This document shows positions 47,122 through 61,255 of a stretch of DNA of 64,000 nucleotides, piece by piece. How positions within the stretch are numbered: the stretch's first letter is position 1; every line of letters starts with the position of its first letter. A program made the position numbers and the translations under genes. The DNA comes from Takakia lepidozioides (taxonomy: Eukaryota > Plantae > Bryophyta). The notes beneath the pieces were generated by a model, which was not told where the DNA came from, did not search any database, and saw nothing but the letters and a program-made list of their open reading frames with translations. The stretch is taken from the NCBI GenBank assembly GCA_030704615.1, contig CM060733.1, forward strand, positions 51,460,001 through 51,524,000, given 5' to 3'.

Positions 47122-50100
47122 ATGTTCATTTGTTCGTATCAGGACTTTGTTCATCCCTTCCCGGTCTTTTCTCTTGGCACCCTATCCGAAAACAACCCAA
47201 GTACATCAGGCGGGAGCCGTGGGCGAGACGCCGCCCCCATGGTACCGGACGATGATGACGATGACAGTGATAGTGACAGTGACAACAACAATGAGCATGG
47301 AATTAACCAGGAGGATGTGCAAGCCATGGAGGATCTCTTAATGCATCATGTGGGCGCTGATGCATCCCATGAAGAGGGAACCCGACCAATCGATGATCTT
47401 GAAATGGCCCCCTCAAATGACGTGGAGAGGGAGGCGAGAACTCCCTTGTACGAAGGGGCGAAAGTGAGTCGACTTTCAACAATCTTACTTTTGCTCAATC
47501 TTCGAATTCGATTTGGCATAAGTAATGTTGGGATGTCTGCCATAATGCGAACTATTGCAGACTATATCCTTGCTCCACACTTAAAACCCAAGATGCCACG
47601 GTCGCGGAAAGAGGCGCGCAAAGTTTTGGACTCTGTGGGGATGGGCTATAAGATTTTTCATGCATGTCCATGTAATAAAACCCTATACTACGGAGAGGAT
47701 TCGCATCTCACCAAGTGCCCAAAGTGCAAGAAAGACCAATATCGGGATGATGTCCAAGGGAAAAAAGTACCACGCAAGGTATAAGCGCCATTCCCCCTCG
47801 TATGAAGATTATTTTCTTTAATCTTCTCAATGTATGTAAAGTGTATTCCACAAAGTTTAGGGTTTAGAGAGTAGTACTCATGCAAGATCTTATTGTGGTT
47901 TTGGAAGGAGTGAGTGAGGAGTGGAAGGAGCGACGTTTGATTTTGACCATTCACACCCAAATGATGGAGAGGCTGCATAAAGGGAAAGGCATAAGGGTGT
48001 TGTATTATGTGTGCTAATGGGATGATTACATGTGGGGGGTGTGGGGTATTTCATCCCAGAAAATGCATTATTTTCCGATCATCCCGCGATTGAGGGCACA
48101 GTACCGAAGCCCCGAATTGGCCAGACTCATGAGATGACACGCCTCGCATCGGAGCCCCCCGGGAAAGGTGTGCGGGCCACAAGATTCACAAGCATGGAGG
48201 CATACCCCTCCTCGTCGAGGGCTTTCCAACGGTACCAAGCATCAGCGCTGGGGCCTCCCGGTTTGGGACATGGCCTTTTCTCTTGGAGGACCCACAACAT
48301 GTCCACCTCAGCTTCTCCTCGGATGGGGTCAACCCATTCTCTATCCAGTCATGTAGTCATTCCACTTGGCCGGTGACCATGGTGAATTACAACATCCCTC
48401 CGTATCTTTCAATTAAAAAAGGTCATATCATGTTGGCTGCCATTGTGCCAGGTGAGTGTACTCATTTCATGTTTATTATTGCCTTCGATTTTACATTAAA
48501 CTTATGATCTTTGACGCAATTCGGATGCAAGATTGATGAGTGACATAATCATGGAGTAAGACGTGTAATTCATTTTGTAGTATAATCTGCATATTGGTGG
48601 AGCATTGAAACAATGATGTGAATATCTTATAGGGAAAAAACAAGTGGCAAACATGGACACGTACTTGCGACCTCTTGTTGATGAACTTAAAGAGCTATGG
48701 AGGGGGGTCCCGACATAGGATGCTTCACTTGACCCTATGACCGGATAATCTTTTCAGATGAGAGACATCTTGCTTTGGACAATGTATGATTATCCAGGTT
48801 TATTATGTTCCCCATGAACAACCCGCGTACATTCACTTGTCAATGCCGGATAATATCGATGAAAATTGGGATTGATTGAAGTAGCGGCGACAGTCTTGTG
48901 CACCGAAGTGGGGTAGATGACATTATGGGCCATGCACATGACAACTTTTTGTTTTTGCTAATGTGGCGGGATGTGTAGTACAAGACTAACTGTTTGCTCG
49001 GGGCTAAGCACCAAAGGGTACCATGCATGCTTGCATTGTGGCGATGATCTTGATGCACATATCTCCCGCCATCTTCACAAGATGGTGTATCCCAACTACC
49101 GCAAATTTCTTCCTATGAGCCATCAATGGAAAAGAAGAGAGAAACACTTGTTTGATGGCAAAAAAGAAGTGTTTTGTACACATGTGGTACCCAAAAATAT
49201 GGGCTAGGTAAACACTAAAGGGTTGATAAAAGTTTCTTTCCTGTTTGTTGTTTCATGAATTTCGGAGTTAAGGTCCCTTCATTGGCCTCATCTTTCCATT
49301 ATCAGAGCTTATGTGTAGCTAAAAGGTAAAACTCTACATTCTGATGTAAGTGTTGATGTACCTTTGATTGTCACGGCTTGTTTTGTTTGTTGACCTTGGA
49401 GAGTTGAGATTGTAGGCATGTTTATTTCTATGGTTCCTTTGTAACCAGAAGTAAAAGCTACAAAGAAGAGGGAGGTCATTTATGTGATGGGGTCTGGTAT
49501 GCACTCATACCACACTCACTCCATAAGGAGCTGCCATACCAGGGGATGGTTGGTGGGTTCCATCTCACCCCCTATGACACCATTCGGGCAGTTTTGGGAG
49601 GACCGATGGAAGGAGGCCCATGCAGGCACGGACGGTGAAGTAGACGTGCCCGGCATGAAACGATTTTCAATCTTCTACGAGTTGCCATATTGGGCGGTAC
49701 ATATTCCACAAAAACACCGTCAATATCCCTATGCATGCATGTGATATTGCACATTTGGTATGCGTTGCATTGTCACTTTCACGTAAATTTTTTTGTGTAA
49801 GTCTTTGTGGGTGGGGATATATGTAGGACCTGAAGATTCGCCATCCTCTAGATCCCATGCATATTGAGAAGAATGTCTGCTCGTCCATTTTTCGGGTTCT
49901 TCATGGCACGCCGACAAAGAAGGGAGTGGCTGCAAAAAGAGATTCTCTCGGTGTTAGCAAGGAGCTTGAGGAGCAGGGTCGCATGCGCCATCTACGGGCC
50001 GAACAAAATGGTGTGGACCCAAAGGGTGTTGTACGGTGGAAGTATAGGCGCGCACCTTGGCAATGGACAAATGAGGAATACAAGAAGGTGATAGCCACCA

Positions 50101-51799
50101 TAAGTGCTGTCCGAACACCAATTGGTTATGGGTCATCCCTCCGTACGAAGTTCAGCGAAGAAGACGGGGTCCATGGTTTGAAGTCTCATGACTACCACAA
50201 TCTATTGCAAGACATCTTGCCCATTGCAGTACGTGGGATATTGACTCCCGAGGTTCGTGAGATAATCTATAGATTGGGAGGCTTGTTCCGGTGGATTTGC
50301 TCCAAAGAGTTGGAAGAAGCAGATTTTCCACGCATGAATAAAGAGGCGGCGGAGGTAATGTGTATGTTGGAGATGCACCTTCCTCCCTCCTTCTTTGACA
50401 TCCAAGTGCACTTGGTAGTGCACTTAGTGGAAGAGGCTTCGATTGCCGGCCCCGTTCATTCTCGGTGGATGTACTTCCTTGAGCGTTATATGAAGACTTT
50501 GAAAGGATTTGTAAGACAAATGGCGCACCCGGAGGGTAACATGGCGGAGGGGTATACGTTGCAAGAAGCTATGTTCTATTGCACGGAGTACATGACAAGG
50601 GTGGATGAGGAAGCCCCTCGGATGTGGAAGAAGAGGAGGATGCACGAACCAATGACATCGTTTTGCCCAAAAAATCGAAGAGGGTAAAATTACCGAGCTT
50701 GGTGATTGAGCAAGTGCATGACTTCATACTGAAGAACACCCCATCCATACATGAGTGGGAGACAAGATACAATAATCTTGTTCAGCAACGAGAGGAAGAG
50801 ACGCTTGCATGGAGGCGAAACCATCCAAGGCCGGTTACTAGACGCCCACGACGAGGAGCGGGCCGCCGGAATGTTCCTTCACAAAATTTGACCATGGAAT
50901 TGCAGCCTCTAAGTTCATTCCAACAGTGGCTTCGGACTTCAGTTTATGACGCCGTTGCTCAAGGAGAGGTGGTTTCAGATTTGGTGCAAGACATTACAAG
51001 GAGCCCATCTCAATTCGCGACCTCATACACAGCGGTTTGGGTTCACGGTCGTCATTTCCGCATTCGTGCTCTTGACATGCAACGCAAAACAGCCTTTGAT
51101 TCTGGCTTGTGTGCCATATATTGGCAAGACTCCGTGTGGGGCAAGGGAGATACACGACCTGCTATGAGCAAACTTGAGTACATTGGAGAGCTTGAGAGCA
51201 TATTCCAACTTCAGTATACAAGGTACCGGCCTCTTCTCTTCAAGGGAAGGTGGTTCCAGCCACATCTTGTGGGTCCCTCCGCAACACTAGTGCAAGATGA
51301 TTGTGGTTTCATGCGCGTCAATGCAGATAGGCTCAACCCTACTCATCGTCCTTCTGATGAGCTTTTTTCACGGCCTTCAGACATGGAGCAAGTTTTCTTC
51401 TCCGATGACAAAACAAGAGGGGGGGATTGGAAGGTGGTTGTGCATGCTCAGCCAAGAGGAAGACATATCTATCATGGTCTCGGATCTCCATGGGGTGAGG
51501 CAATTACGGTGGACGGAGAGACTGGTCATAATGATGCTGATGATGGAGGTTGGGTAGAGGGGGTAGAAGAGGATGATGACGCCCCGGACAATGCATCCTG
51601 GACCCTATATGATGAAGCTCTAGAAGATACGGATGTTGGAGAAGGAGACGAAGACACGGCCATTGACAACGAGGTGGAGGATGATTCGGAGGTGCCTTTT
51701 GAGGGCCGGGCCATTTATGACGATGACTCCGATGACCAAGAAGACTTGCAGCTTGATGAGGATGAAGAGACTCCGAATGATGATGTTCAAGTTGATTAG
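47122..51799 (+). pseudogene. CACTA/EnSpm transposase (TnpD; Transposase_21 / DUF4218 / DUF4216-type regions), spliced and disrupted
   Basis: YKIFHACPCN...CPKC, YFPIIPRL, SSDGVNPF...STWPV...YNIPP, YLRPLVDELKELW, GYHACLHC, D.MHIEKNV, GLKSHDYH.LLQ, PPSFFDIQVHLVVHL, GPVHSRWMYFLER and an acidic tail. In-frame stops near 48716-48750 and a frameshift near 50625. No TIRs found nearby. Confidence 0.92.
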
Positions 51800-54253
51800 A
51801 CACAAAATCAAAGCTACATAAGAATTCTCGCACCGAACTGGACCCATCCTTTCGATTGATTGTACATGTACATGCATATTGTACTTTATTTCTATGATTC
51901 ATCAAATATGGCTGTGGCTGGTAGTATTTCATCAAAGAAGACAGAGACAATGAATATGTTGGAGCAACACATACAGATGTGGTATCAAGAGAATTATCAA
52001 AATGAATGTCACAATCTACAAGAAGGTCCACAACAACAAGCTAAACCATAAAGTAAAACAAACACCCTACCCTAGTACCATATGAAAAAAAAAAAACTAA
52101 GAACCCCCAAAGGTCCTAAGAGTGAGGAGAAACAGGCGATGGAAATAGGAGCCCGCAGCGAGGCGGCAAGGTGGCGGGCTAATGAAAATGTTAATATTAA
52201 GGGGCCGACCAGATGACAGTGTGTAATAAAGGTTATGTTTGTGACGGCGACTGCACAGCCGTGTGAAAAATAGGACGGATCAATAGCGCCGTCAACCTAT
52301 AGTGGAGTTAATAGATATGATAGGGATGAAGGATGAGGGGGAGACGCTGAGATAGCAACCCATCGATCTCAGTCTCGATGTTGTGAACTGTGGCTTAGGT
52401 TTTCCTGAAGGAATTCATTTGACAGCCATTCTGTGGCATTGTTTGGTTTCTTTGGGGGGATAATTCTTCGAAACTAGGAAGAACTCCATGCTAGGCCTTG
52501 CGAGAGAGACGAAGAGACCGTTGGGGGGCTCTCTCTCTCTCACCGCAGTTTGCGGAGCTCCTACATCGCGCCCCCAACATTCTCACTGCTGCAGCACCTG
52601 TCATTTTCACAAATATTGGTTGCTGAATAATCCTTGCCACATCGCTCGAAATTCATTGACTTTGGAACCCATAGCTCGCTGCATGCAGTGGTCGGCAATT
52701 TCCAGTAACCGTCAGACTTCAGTACCGCAACATTCCCCTCCATCACAAAGCTTGCCCCCAAACTCCCTTCCACAGCCCTTTGAAGCGTGGTAGCACTGGC
52801 CAATGCTTGTACCTACTAGTTTCAATGTCAGAAGGTGGGCCATGTTGTCAGAAATATAAATGAAGTTGGAACCATATAAAAAATTAAAATCTGCAAAAAG
52901 TACATAGAAAAATCTACTCCATCAAAACCAGAAGTGGGTCAAAAAAAAAGAAAAAAAAGTGGGTCTCCTGTGCCATTCGTTAACTACACAAGTGGGGCAG
53001 ATCTTGGAGCATTAGGAAATTTCCTTATGTGGAGCCTTAGCTTTGATGAGATTATAAAATCATGTAAAGACTTTTCATGTTGAGAGTTTTCTTGCCAATA
53101 CGAACTTGGGATGGGGAGGAAGTTCTAAGAGGACTGGATTACCTGTTTGAAATTGTGCCAGATACGATTGACACAACAGGAGCCTGGCCCCTGGAACCTG
53201 CATGCACCTCGCCATAGTACATCACCTATGAGGATCATTGGGAATGTTGAGATATAGTTGGTTGTGCAACAGTGGTGAGACCTTTGCTGTTGTCAGAAAT
53301 GATTATGGCTTTTCAATCTCTTCAAGCAAGCTCTAACATGGGGTCCCTTTCATGCTAGCATTCACATTTCGCATTTCTGGAGCGTCCTAAATATAAGGCA
53401 AGTGTTCAGCTGCAATTTTGAGGCCCAGAAATACTGTAGCTCATGTCTTTTCATCAAGCTTGCCCTACCATGGGGGTCCCTGTCATGCTCAGCATTTTGA
53501 ATTTCTTGAGCACCCTATGTAGAAGGTAAGTGTAGCAGCTGCGTATAGTCGAAGTAATCCCCAAAGAAAGTGGATTTGGGTTTGACTGGAAGTGGCTTGC
53601 CTGAGCTTCACACCATTCACATCGGGAGATTACGACATTACATCAAAAGAAAAAGAGAGATGACCTCTGCTGGACCATGCTTGTGGTGTGGCATGTCAAT
53701 CATAAGTACTCCCAATATGGTAGAGGGTGAAGAGGATGGGGGGGGGGGGGGTATATCAACAAACTCTGTATGTATGTGAGAATTTGGGGTGGAAAGATGC
53801 TTAAGATGTGCTCCAAATGGACCCACATTAATATACAGCAATGGCATGGACTAGAATAGCAAAATATTCTTCACATCTTTGGCGTCACATTCTTAGGACA
53901 ACAAGAAAGTTCCTCATCCAGCTAACAGCTCACATGTCACAAATCTGGATCACTAAAACCATACCCTACCATCTAGCTGAGTGAGGTCGTAGAAGCGAGG
54001 AAGAGAGAAAGCCAAGTTTGTTACACTGGGCATAATGGCTGGATACTTAAGAATAGCAGTTCACACCCCACCCAGAGCAGTGATAGGCCTTCCTATTTAT
54101 GTATAGTAAAGAATCAATGCCAGCAATGCAGCAATTGTAATGCCTGCTCTGGATACGTGTACCCTTGAGCTCCCTGCTGGCCAGTTGCAAAAGCCCTTTG
54201 TCCATATTAAATCCAAACATAGTTCTGCAGATGCCATTCCCCTGGGCAAGCAT

Positions 54254-57028
54254 CTACAAAATCGTGCAGCATTGGTTGGTCTTCTTGGCTTGCTTGTAAA
54301 AGAGCTGCCAAGATGAAACAGATTGTCAAAATAGGTGTCGGAAAAGGTGTTTCTCCAGGGCTTAAAAGTAGCAAAAATTCTTCAATAGCTGCCAATCTCC
54401 ACCATCATGTACACTGATGATTTTGCAAAACGATCCATTCCCATATACCTCAAACCTAGAGTACTACACTCTGCTTGCGAACCAGTTGGAAAAGAAAAGA
54501 AATACCTGAGAGGCCGTACTGAGATCAGTGCTCTTGTCCACCAGCGTGTCTAGTTTCTCTCCACGAGCAAGCACACTATCAATGGTTTTATGCTGACTCC
54601 ACCAGATTTATCACATGTTAGAGACTGTTCTTCAGTTTTTATAACTAAGACCAGACAGAATGCCTGTGACCACAGCCTTCAGCAAGCATCTAAGAAGAAA
54701 TCTGGCCAATGTCTGACACCTTATTCCATTCAGACTAATAATTTTGGACAAGCAAGAAACATTCTTGCAGACATTACCCAGAGAGAGAAGTGGATACAAG
54801 TGGTGCCAAAATTACCAGAATAATTTTGGTTTCATCAAGGTCTTTCTGTATCTTTAACAGTTTATCAGCCTCTGTCGGATTCTGCATTCCACATCCCAAT
54901 TCAGCAGCATAAGTAACAGGCACAACGATAAGGGTAGAAGGAGACTACCCATCTGCAACCAAAAGGAGACAGCAAATGCAAATCTCCACCAGACCACTGA
55001 CCCTTATTTGCCACAAGCAATTGTGTGCCTTCCCAAAAGTTCGATAAGATGCACATCCAATACAGTCGGTTTAGATATCATATGGCTACACACTGCCGGA
55101 ACCTAGCTTGTGCAATCATAGTAGCTGAACAAATATGACGTGACGGTTCCAGCAAGGGCAGGATAATATGGTCTCTATATGCAGGATCACAATCCGACTT
55201 TCAAGATTGGTGGGCCCGGATCCAATAAAATTGGCGAGTAAGCATATCACACCCATCATATATCGCAGAGCATGTATCAGACACCTGAAATTTCGTGAGC
55301 GCCTCTGGTAGATAGGGCCAAGGGTCTGTGCTATCTGTTGTCTTGGCTTGCCATGAATTCTGAAAGGTCTGCTGGTACTCATCCAGCACCTGTCACCATG
55401 GACCACAAGAATCATTACTTGCAGATATGGAATGGACACAAACTCATCAATGGAGGAGAATAAAAGATGAGAATGGAGCAGCTATCCACAAACCAAGTGG
55501 CCTCAATTCATCTTCACAAAAGCTAAGTTTGAATTAAGTTAGGTAAGCGTTTCACCACAAAGGTGACCCAGAGCGGTAGTCCATGAGCCATGTTGTGGCC
55601 TACTCATACATTTGCCGAATCTAGTTTTTTGAAAGGTGAAACTTGTTGGCGCGGTTTAGTATTTCATGGCCCACTTTTGCGAGTTGATTGCTTTTGTTTT
55701 ACCTTTTTCACATGTGTCTTCACTGCATATAACGGGAGGGCTACAGCAGACACAAGCCATGAAGTGGCAAGAGATGACTCTGGTGCAGTTGAGCAGAAAC
55801 AGGGCAACGGGCAAATACGAGCGGTGCAGTTGGAGAAGTAGTACAGATCCGAAGGGCAACTATCATCAGAGTGCCATGCCTCTTGCCCATCGTAATGTTA
55901 CATCGTGCAAGAAACACGGGATTTCCATGGTGAAAAAAAGGATTGTGCTGCCCACCCCAATTTACATTTGCTGAAGTCCCTGTACTTGTATCTATTTACC
56001 TTTGGTCACACTCCTTGGTTTTTTAACCAGAAAAGAGGGTTTCCAAGCACAAAGAGAGGGGAGGGGGGAAAACAAACCTTGTTGATAACAGAAAAGGCAC
56101 TTCGCAAGGGATACTCCTTGTCAACAAATGCAAGCCCACATAGCCCATTCCTGTTGTAGCAATGCACCATATATTCTGTTGCAATTGAAAGCCATAGCAT
56201 TACCCTGTTGAGCACACATTTGAATCTATGTACGGTACATTTGAATGCATGTGCGGACACCACCTACATTATGAAGGCTAATGAGAACCGCAATATACTT
56301 TCACTATCTTACCAGCAGGAGAAACAGATCCCAGAACACCAGCAGGATGAACACCATCGGCTGGCGGTGATCTTACTCGAGGACTACTAAACCCTATCCC
56401 AATCCAATGGAATGCAATATTCTGTCAATCCAGCAAGAATTGTCGCAGATCTCTCAAGCTGCCAACCTGTCCACTCTCTGGATACATGGGGCGAGAGATA
56501 GCAGCGTTTCCATTTGCTGCAATTGGCAGGTCTAATCCAAACAGTGTCGACTACCTTGAGGAATAACAAATGTCCACAGCAACCAACAGGTACTACAACC
56601 GCAAATTTCAACCAAAAAAGCGAAACAGAGGCAAGGAGAAAACGGAACACAATCATGTTTCATAGATTGAAACGTAGAGTATAACCAAGCAAAACCCACC
56701 ACAAACAAGAGAGAGACATCATGGAAAGGAATCCGCCAAAAGGCACCGCACCTTCCTCAAAAGTCCTGGACAACTCGTAAGAAAGAAAAAGAAAGCACCG
56801 GAGGCAGGGGTGGAAAGGCATGGCAAACAAACCATCTTGTTGCACGGATTGCCGTTGACCTAAAGGTGTGCGACCAGCGATGGTACGGGCCACAAACAGA
56901 ATAAACTCTCTAGCGCTAGGGCGCTGAAAGTAACCGAAGTGTTGCACATCCGAGGCATTAGCCAACACCACTGTCTCTGAACCCGAACCTGGCCTACATT
57001 TCAGCACCAAAAGCGCAGTAATCTTCAT
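54254..57028 (-). CDS. YKT6: VAMP-like R-SNARE YKT6 (longin + SNARE, C-terminal CCxx lipidation motif), 6 exons
   Basis: [10 protein letters not shown]...FGYFQR; [13 protein letters not shown]; VLDEYQ...[12 protein letters not shown]; [22 protein letters not shown]; [25 protein letters not shown]; [16 protein letters not shown]. Exons ~57028-56833, 56175-56078, 55389-55285, 54882-54817, 54592-54506, 54304-54254, with GT-AG sites. Confidence 0.95.
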
Positions 57029-57887
57029 GGCCTTCTTTCCCTTGCTTCTATCTCCCTCAGTTCCTCAATCCCGACCCCTATGCTCTAAAAAACTCTCCAA
57101 CCCCCCCTCTCTCTCTCCCTCTCTCCCAAGACAATATATCCACCCCAACGCCTCTGAGCTACTGCGATTAAGCTCCAATTCCTCCTTCTCTCCGTTCTTT
57201 TGCACAATCCTTGCAGTACTCCGCTCTGTGCAATCTCTTGGCTGTAGTCTGCAATCAAAGTCTGTGTCTCGTCAGTTTTCTGCACTGCGATCGATCGATC
57301 TCTGCGACTCTTTTCTCTCTCTCTCTCTCTGGATCTGAAGAGCGAGCAAAACACCCAACACCAACAATCTTGTACGCACACGTGTCGAAGAATCCAACGG
57401 TCCGCACGCAAGGATCTCTACGATTGCCTTTCATTATTTCGACGGTCCAGATCGGAGAATCTGGATCCCAAAACGACGAAATAAGTATGGACGAATTACG
57501 TCGCTCGTCCACCACGAATGGATGTGTGGCATCTACGGTTGGAATCTAGCATCCATTTGGCACATAGTAATGGTGATGGATGGATAGATGGATGGAGTTT
57601 GAAGTTCAGGAGAGCTTGGGAGAGGCAGCTTGGGAGAGTGCTGGAGAACAGCTTTGTTTTGCAGTGCCATTGGAAATGTTTGCCTTGATGCAGCTGCGAT
57701 TGTGTGAGGCTTTCTTGGGGACCACAAGAGTGGAGAGAGAGAATGCAACTCATGAGCAGTTTCATCAGATGCTATTCCAGTGTGTAGAATGAATGAATTG
57801 CATTTCACGAATGCATGTGTGTAAACAATGGTGGCCTCACTAGAGCTTTGATTCACTATCATCTCTGAAGAGAAGACAGTCTTTCCG

Positions 57888-60800
57888 CTAGCTGAAAACC
57901 TCTGCCTGAATGATGGTGGCTTCCTCGATTACACTCCAATCCGTTTGTTCTCCCAAACTTGTTACCCGTTCGGATGCTCGTTGAGAACAGCTCTGTGAGG
58001 AAGTCAAACGGGATGGGATAACATGTCAAAAATCCTGTTTGTGTCTACATGTTTTCTCTTGGAAGACAGATCCAACGTGCGGGTTATTATCCAACCAGGA
58101 GTAGTTACCTTCTGTGCGACTAAAGCATCTACAATGGTGAAAACAGAGTGTCTCTCTCGTACACCCACATGGAACAAATGGTTATGAGAAAGGCCTGATG
58201 ATCAATCGTGCCCCCCCTGCTTGTTCTTCACATTATCCAAAAACTACCCAGGGCAGGACCCGACCCTATCTGGTTCTATCATGCCTGCACCAAAATCTTG
58301 GAGAATGAAACTAGATTTACGGTTACCCTTGTAAACAGAAGTAGGAAGGTACCTGGGCACAGGAGTAAACTACAAGAGTTGACCACTCCCAATCATTGGG
58401 TCCGTATGATGAAGGGGGTAGGTCCTTGAATGCTTGCTGCAGAAAAAAGAGCAATGGTGGCATAAGCTGCATCTCATATACACGAGGCCCTCCGCATGCA
58501 CTACACACGCCTGGCTCCTCATGAACCTCACTGGCCCACAGGGGTTGACCTCCAAAGCAGTATCTGCAAATTAACAGATATATACTCAGAAGCTGCATAC
58601 TTTGCCACCTTCATTGGAGAACTCCGACCTTGCAATGGGATGTACCCTTGGTTGCAAGGGAGAGTTCCAGTCCAATATTTGTATCCCAACCCAGAAAAGC
58701 ATATTCCAGCTGGCCCCACAAGAAAATACAAATAGTGGGAGTCTCAGTGTACTCATAAATAACACCCAATAGCACACATTAAAAAAAAAACGGTTGTGTC
58801 AGTAACACCCAATGTGCTGAGTATCTAGAATTCAAGAACTTCTACATCAGCTCTACAGTTTCCAAAATATGTGTTGACAGTTTGATCAAAGTAACACTTA
58901 TCATCAAATGAATCTCTCCTGGAGCAACAATAGTCCCAGGCTCAGAACTGACAATAGGAATCAGCAGCCTCTGGAACAAAGTACATTCATTCAGAACAAC
59001 ATGAGTAAGATGAAATCCCTGCAACGTTACCAAACCTATATAGAAGGCAAGCATATCATGCTTCTAGCAAAGAGAGAGCACCTAAAACATTGCTCGGGGC
59101 TTGCATCCAGCTTCTTCTTGAACTTGAGATACATGCGGTCAGCAGACAGTGCCTGTTCAGGCTCGTACTCCTCTCCCTCCCAAAGCTCCCCAACGCCTTC
59201 TACAATGCCATACGGGTCTTCTATCTCATCTACAATATCAGCTCCTTCCAATTCAGTGAGTGTCACACTGTCGCTGGCGCTGCCTTGTGGAGTAGATGAC
59301 TCGCTCTGTGTGTAGACATAAAAGCATGGGAGTGCTGCCGCCATTGAACCATAAACAAAGCATTAGTTAGGAGATAGATGCCCAAGAGGAACATTCACAT
59401 TGCCTTCACAATTCAAAGAGCAAGAAAATGAATTTCTTGAAACTAGAGTTATTGGCAAATCCGTACTAGGCAAATCGCTGTCAGAGACTCGAATCGAGGT
59501 TGCAGCGCCTGAGCCTGGTGCCGCCTCTTGGTTGGCAAGGGGTGGCTGCGACGATGCAGCAGCAGCCAAGTAGCCAGCCTCTAGCAGTGAAGACTGGAGC
59601 TCCTGAAGACTCATGGCTTCAATTTCATCGGTCCCAGCACCAAAGTCGTCCCAGGAATTTTCGTCCCACCAATCACTGCCTCGTTCTAGCTGCTGTGTCT
59701 GTGAGCGACTGGTTGAGGCCTCCCCCCACCTGGCTAGCAGGCCCACATACATGAATGGTGAGAAGAGCCAAGTGACAAATCTTCTCTCAAAATCACAAAC
59801 AGAGTTTTGTGCTTCAGAATCACATAAATAAAAATGTTGGAAAAATTCTTTGCAGTCATTCATACCCATGCTCGTGCAGCACCTCACTCAATCCATTGAG
59901 CAGACCGCTTGAGGATGCAATACTGGAACTCCCTGCACTCTCTATCTGGTCCTCTCCTGCCTGCAAGGCTTCTTCTTCACTAACCTCCTTTTGAAATCTG
60001 ATTGTGCGCCAGCTGTCACCATTACCACAACAACACAAAACCTGTGTCAACGGCAAGGTTGCTCCCTTTTGCACCCACTGTGTTCTCCAGAAAGCCTGCT
60101 GGTGGTCTTGGAGGGAAATGACAAATGACGCTCCTGTAACTCCCCACCTGATGATCCTTAGTTCCTTCCAATAATATCCTCTTTGGTGACAATAGAATTC
60201 ATTTTTATGGCTCTCTCTAGGTCTCTCGACCTACATGGTCTGCCTGTCTTTTCAGTGAAGAGGAGTGGAATTCTGTAGAGGGAGTTTTCACAGGTGAAGC
60301 CCAGTTAAGAACATGCCTTGCAGGATCAATTCCGCAATTTGCTGATGGACATCCCAGGACATACAGAGAACGCTCATCCATTTTGATCCCATAAAGTGTA
60401 AGTGGGGCATACACCTGCAAGATAAGCACAAGCAGTATGTCAAGATAGATATATTGCGGAATGTATGCATGCATGAGAATGATCATTGGATAACTTCCAA
60501 GGCAATACGACTTCAGAGACTAATCCGCTCCAAGGACAGATGGAATGTTATGTTAATGATTCCCAGCAGTCAGAAGACAAACAAAGTGATGGTTGGCACA
60601 TTCGAGACTCTTAAGAGTATTGACATGCAGTAAAACATAAATTCGACCCCATGGAGCACCTTCACACCTTCCATCACCTCTGCAGAAATAGAGGGTAATG
60701 GAGAGAAATCAAGGCAGGGATGAAGGAATACATGGCAAGAACCTGAGCAACAAGGCCAAGGTATCCGCCACATACACCACATTTTAGCAACTCCCGATTT

Positions 60801-61255
60801 ATCTCCTCAAGTGCTACTGGCCAATCCTGCACACCCCCTTTTACTCCTCAGTGAATAGCCTCTTCCAGGGAATCAACAGCAATCTGTGTTGTGTGCGTTT
60901 GTCAAAACTTCACACTTTAAAGTAAGGTTGCATGCTTTTGGATAACGTGTCTCACAAAATGCCGACTGGCAACCCCACTAAGACAATGGAAACAACAAAT
61001 CAGCGGTCGAGATCAAGGTCTTTAAACTAGAGATGCCAACAAAACAGGGAGGTCAGCTAAGATCACTAAAATTCTACCAAATTCTGAAACTGACCTAAAA
61101 GCTGGATCATGCAAACAAAAAAGAAAAGATGGGTATGTGGAGCATACTGGTTGGCCACCTATCTTGGTGGTGTAGTGATCAGCAGCCTCACAGGTATCAT
61201 CTGCCCATGCTCCCGGTAATCCAAGCAGCACCTCACGATCATCCTGCAAATCCAT
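57888..61255 (-). CDS. PDCD2L: Programmed cell death protein 2-like (PDCD2_C domain; At5g64830-like), ~8 exons
   Basis: [12 protein letters not shown]...[11 protein letters not shown]|DWP...CGVCG..L.LVAQ|VYAP...R.LYVLGC; WEGEEYE...[21 protein letters not shown]|YCFGGQPLW...[19 protein letters not shown]...[11 protein letters not shown]; last exon ends [12 protein letters not shown] at 57888. Confidence 0.9.

Noticed and set aside
52085-52800. Possible retroelement remnant (A-run at 52085, weak coding look)
   Set aside because: No diagnostic motif could be recognised.
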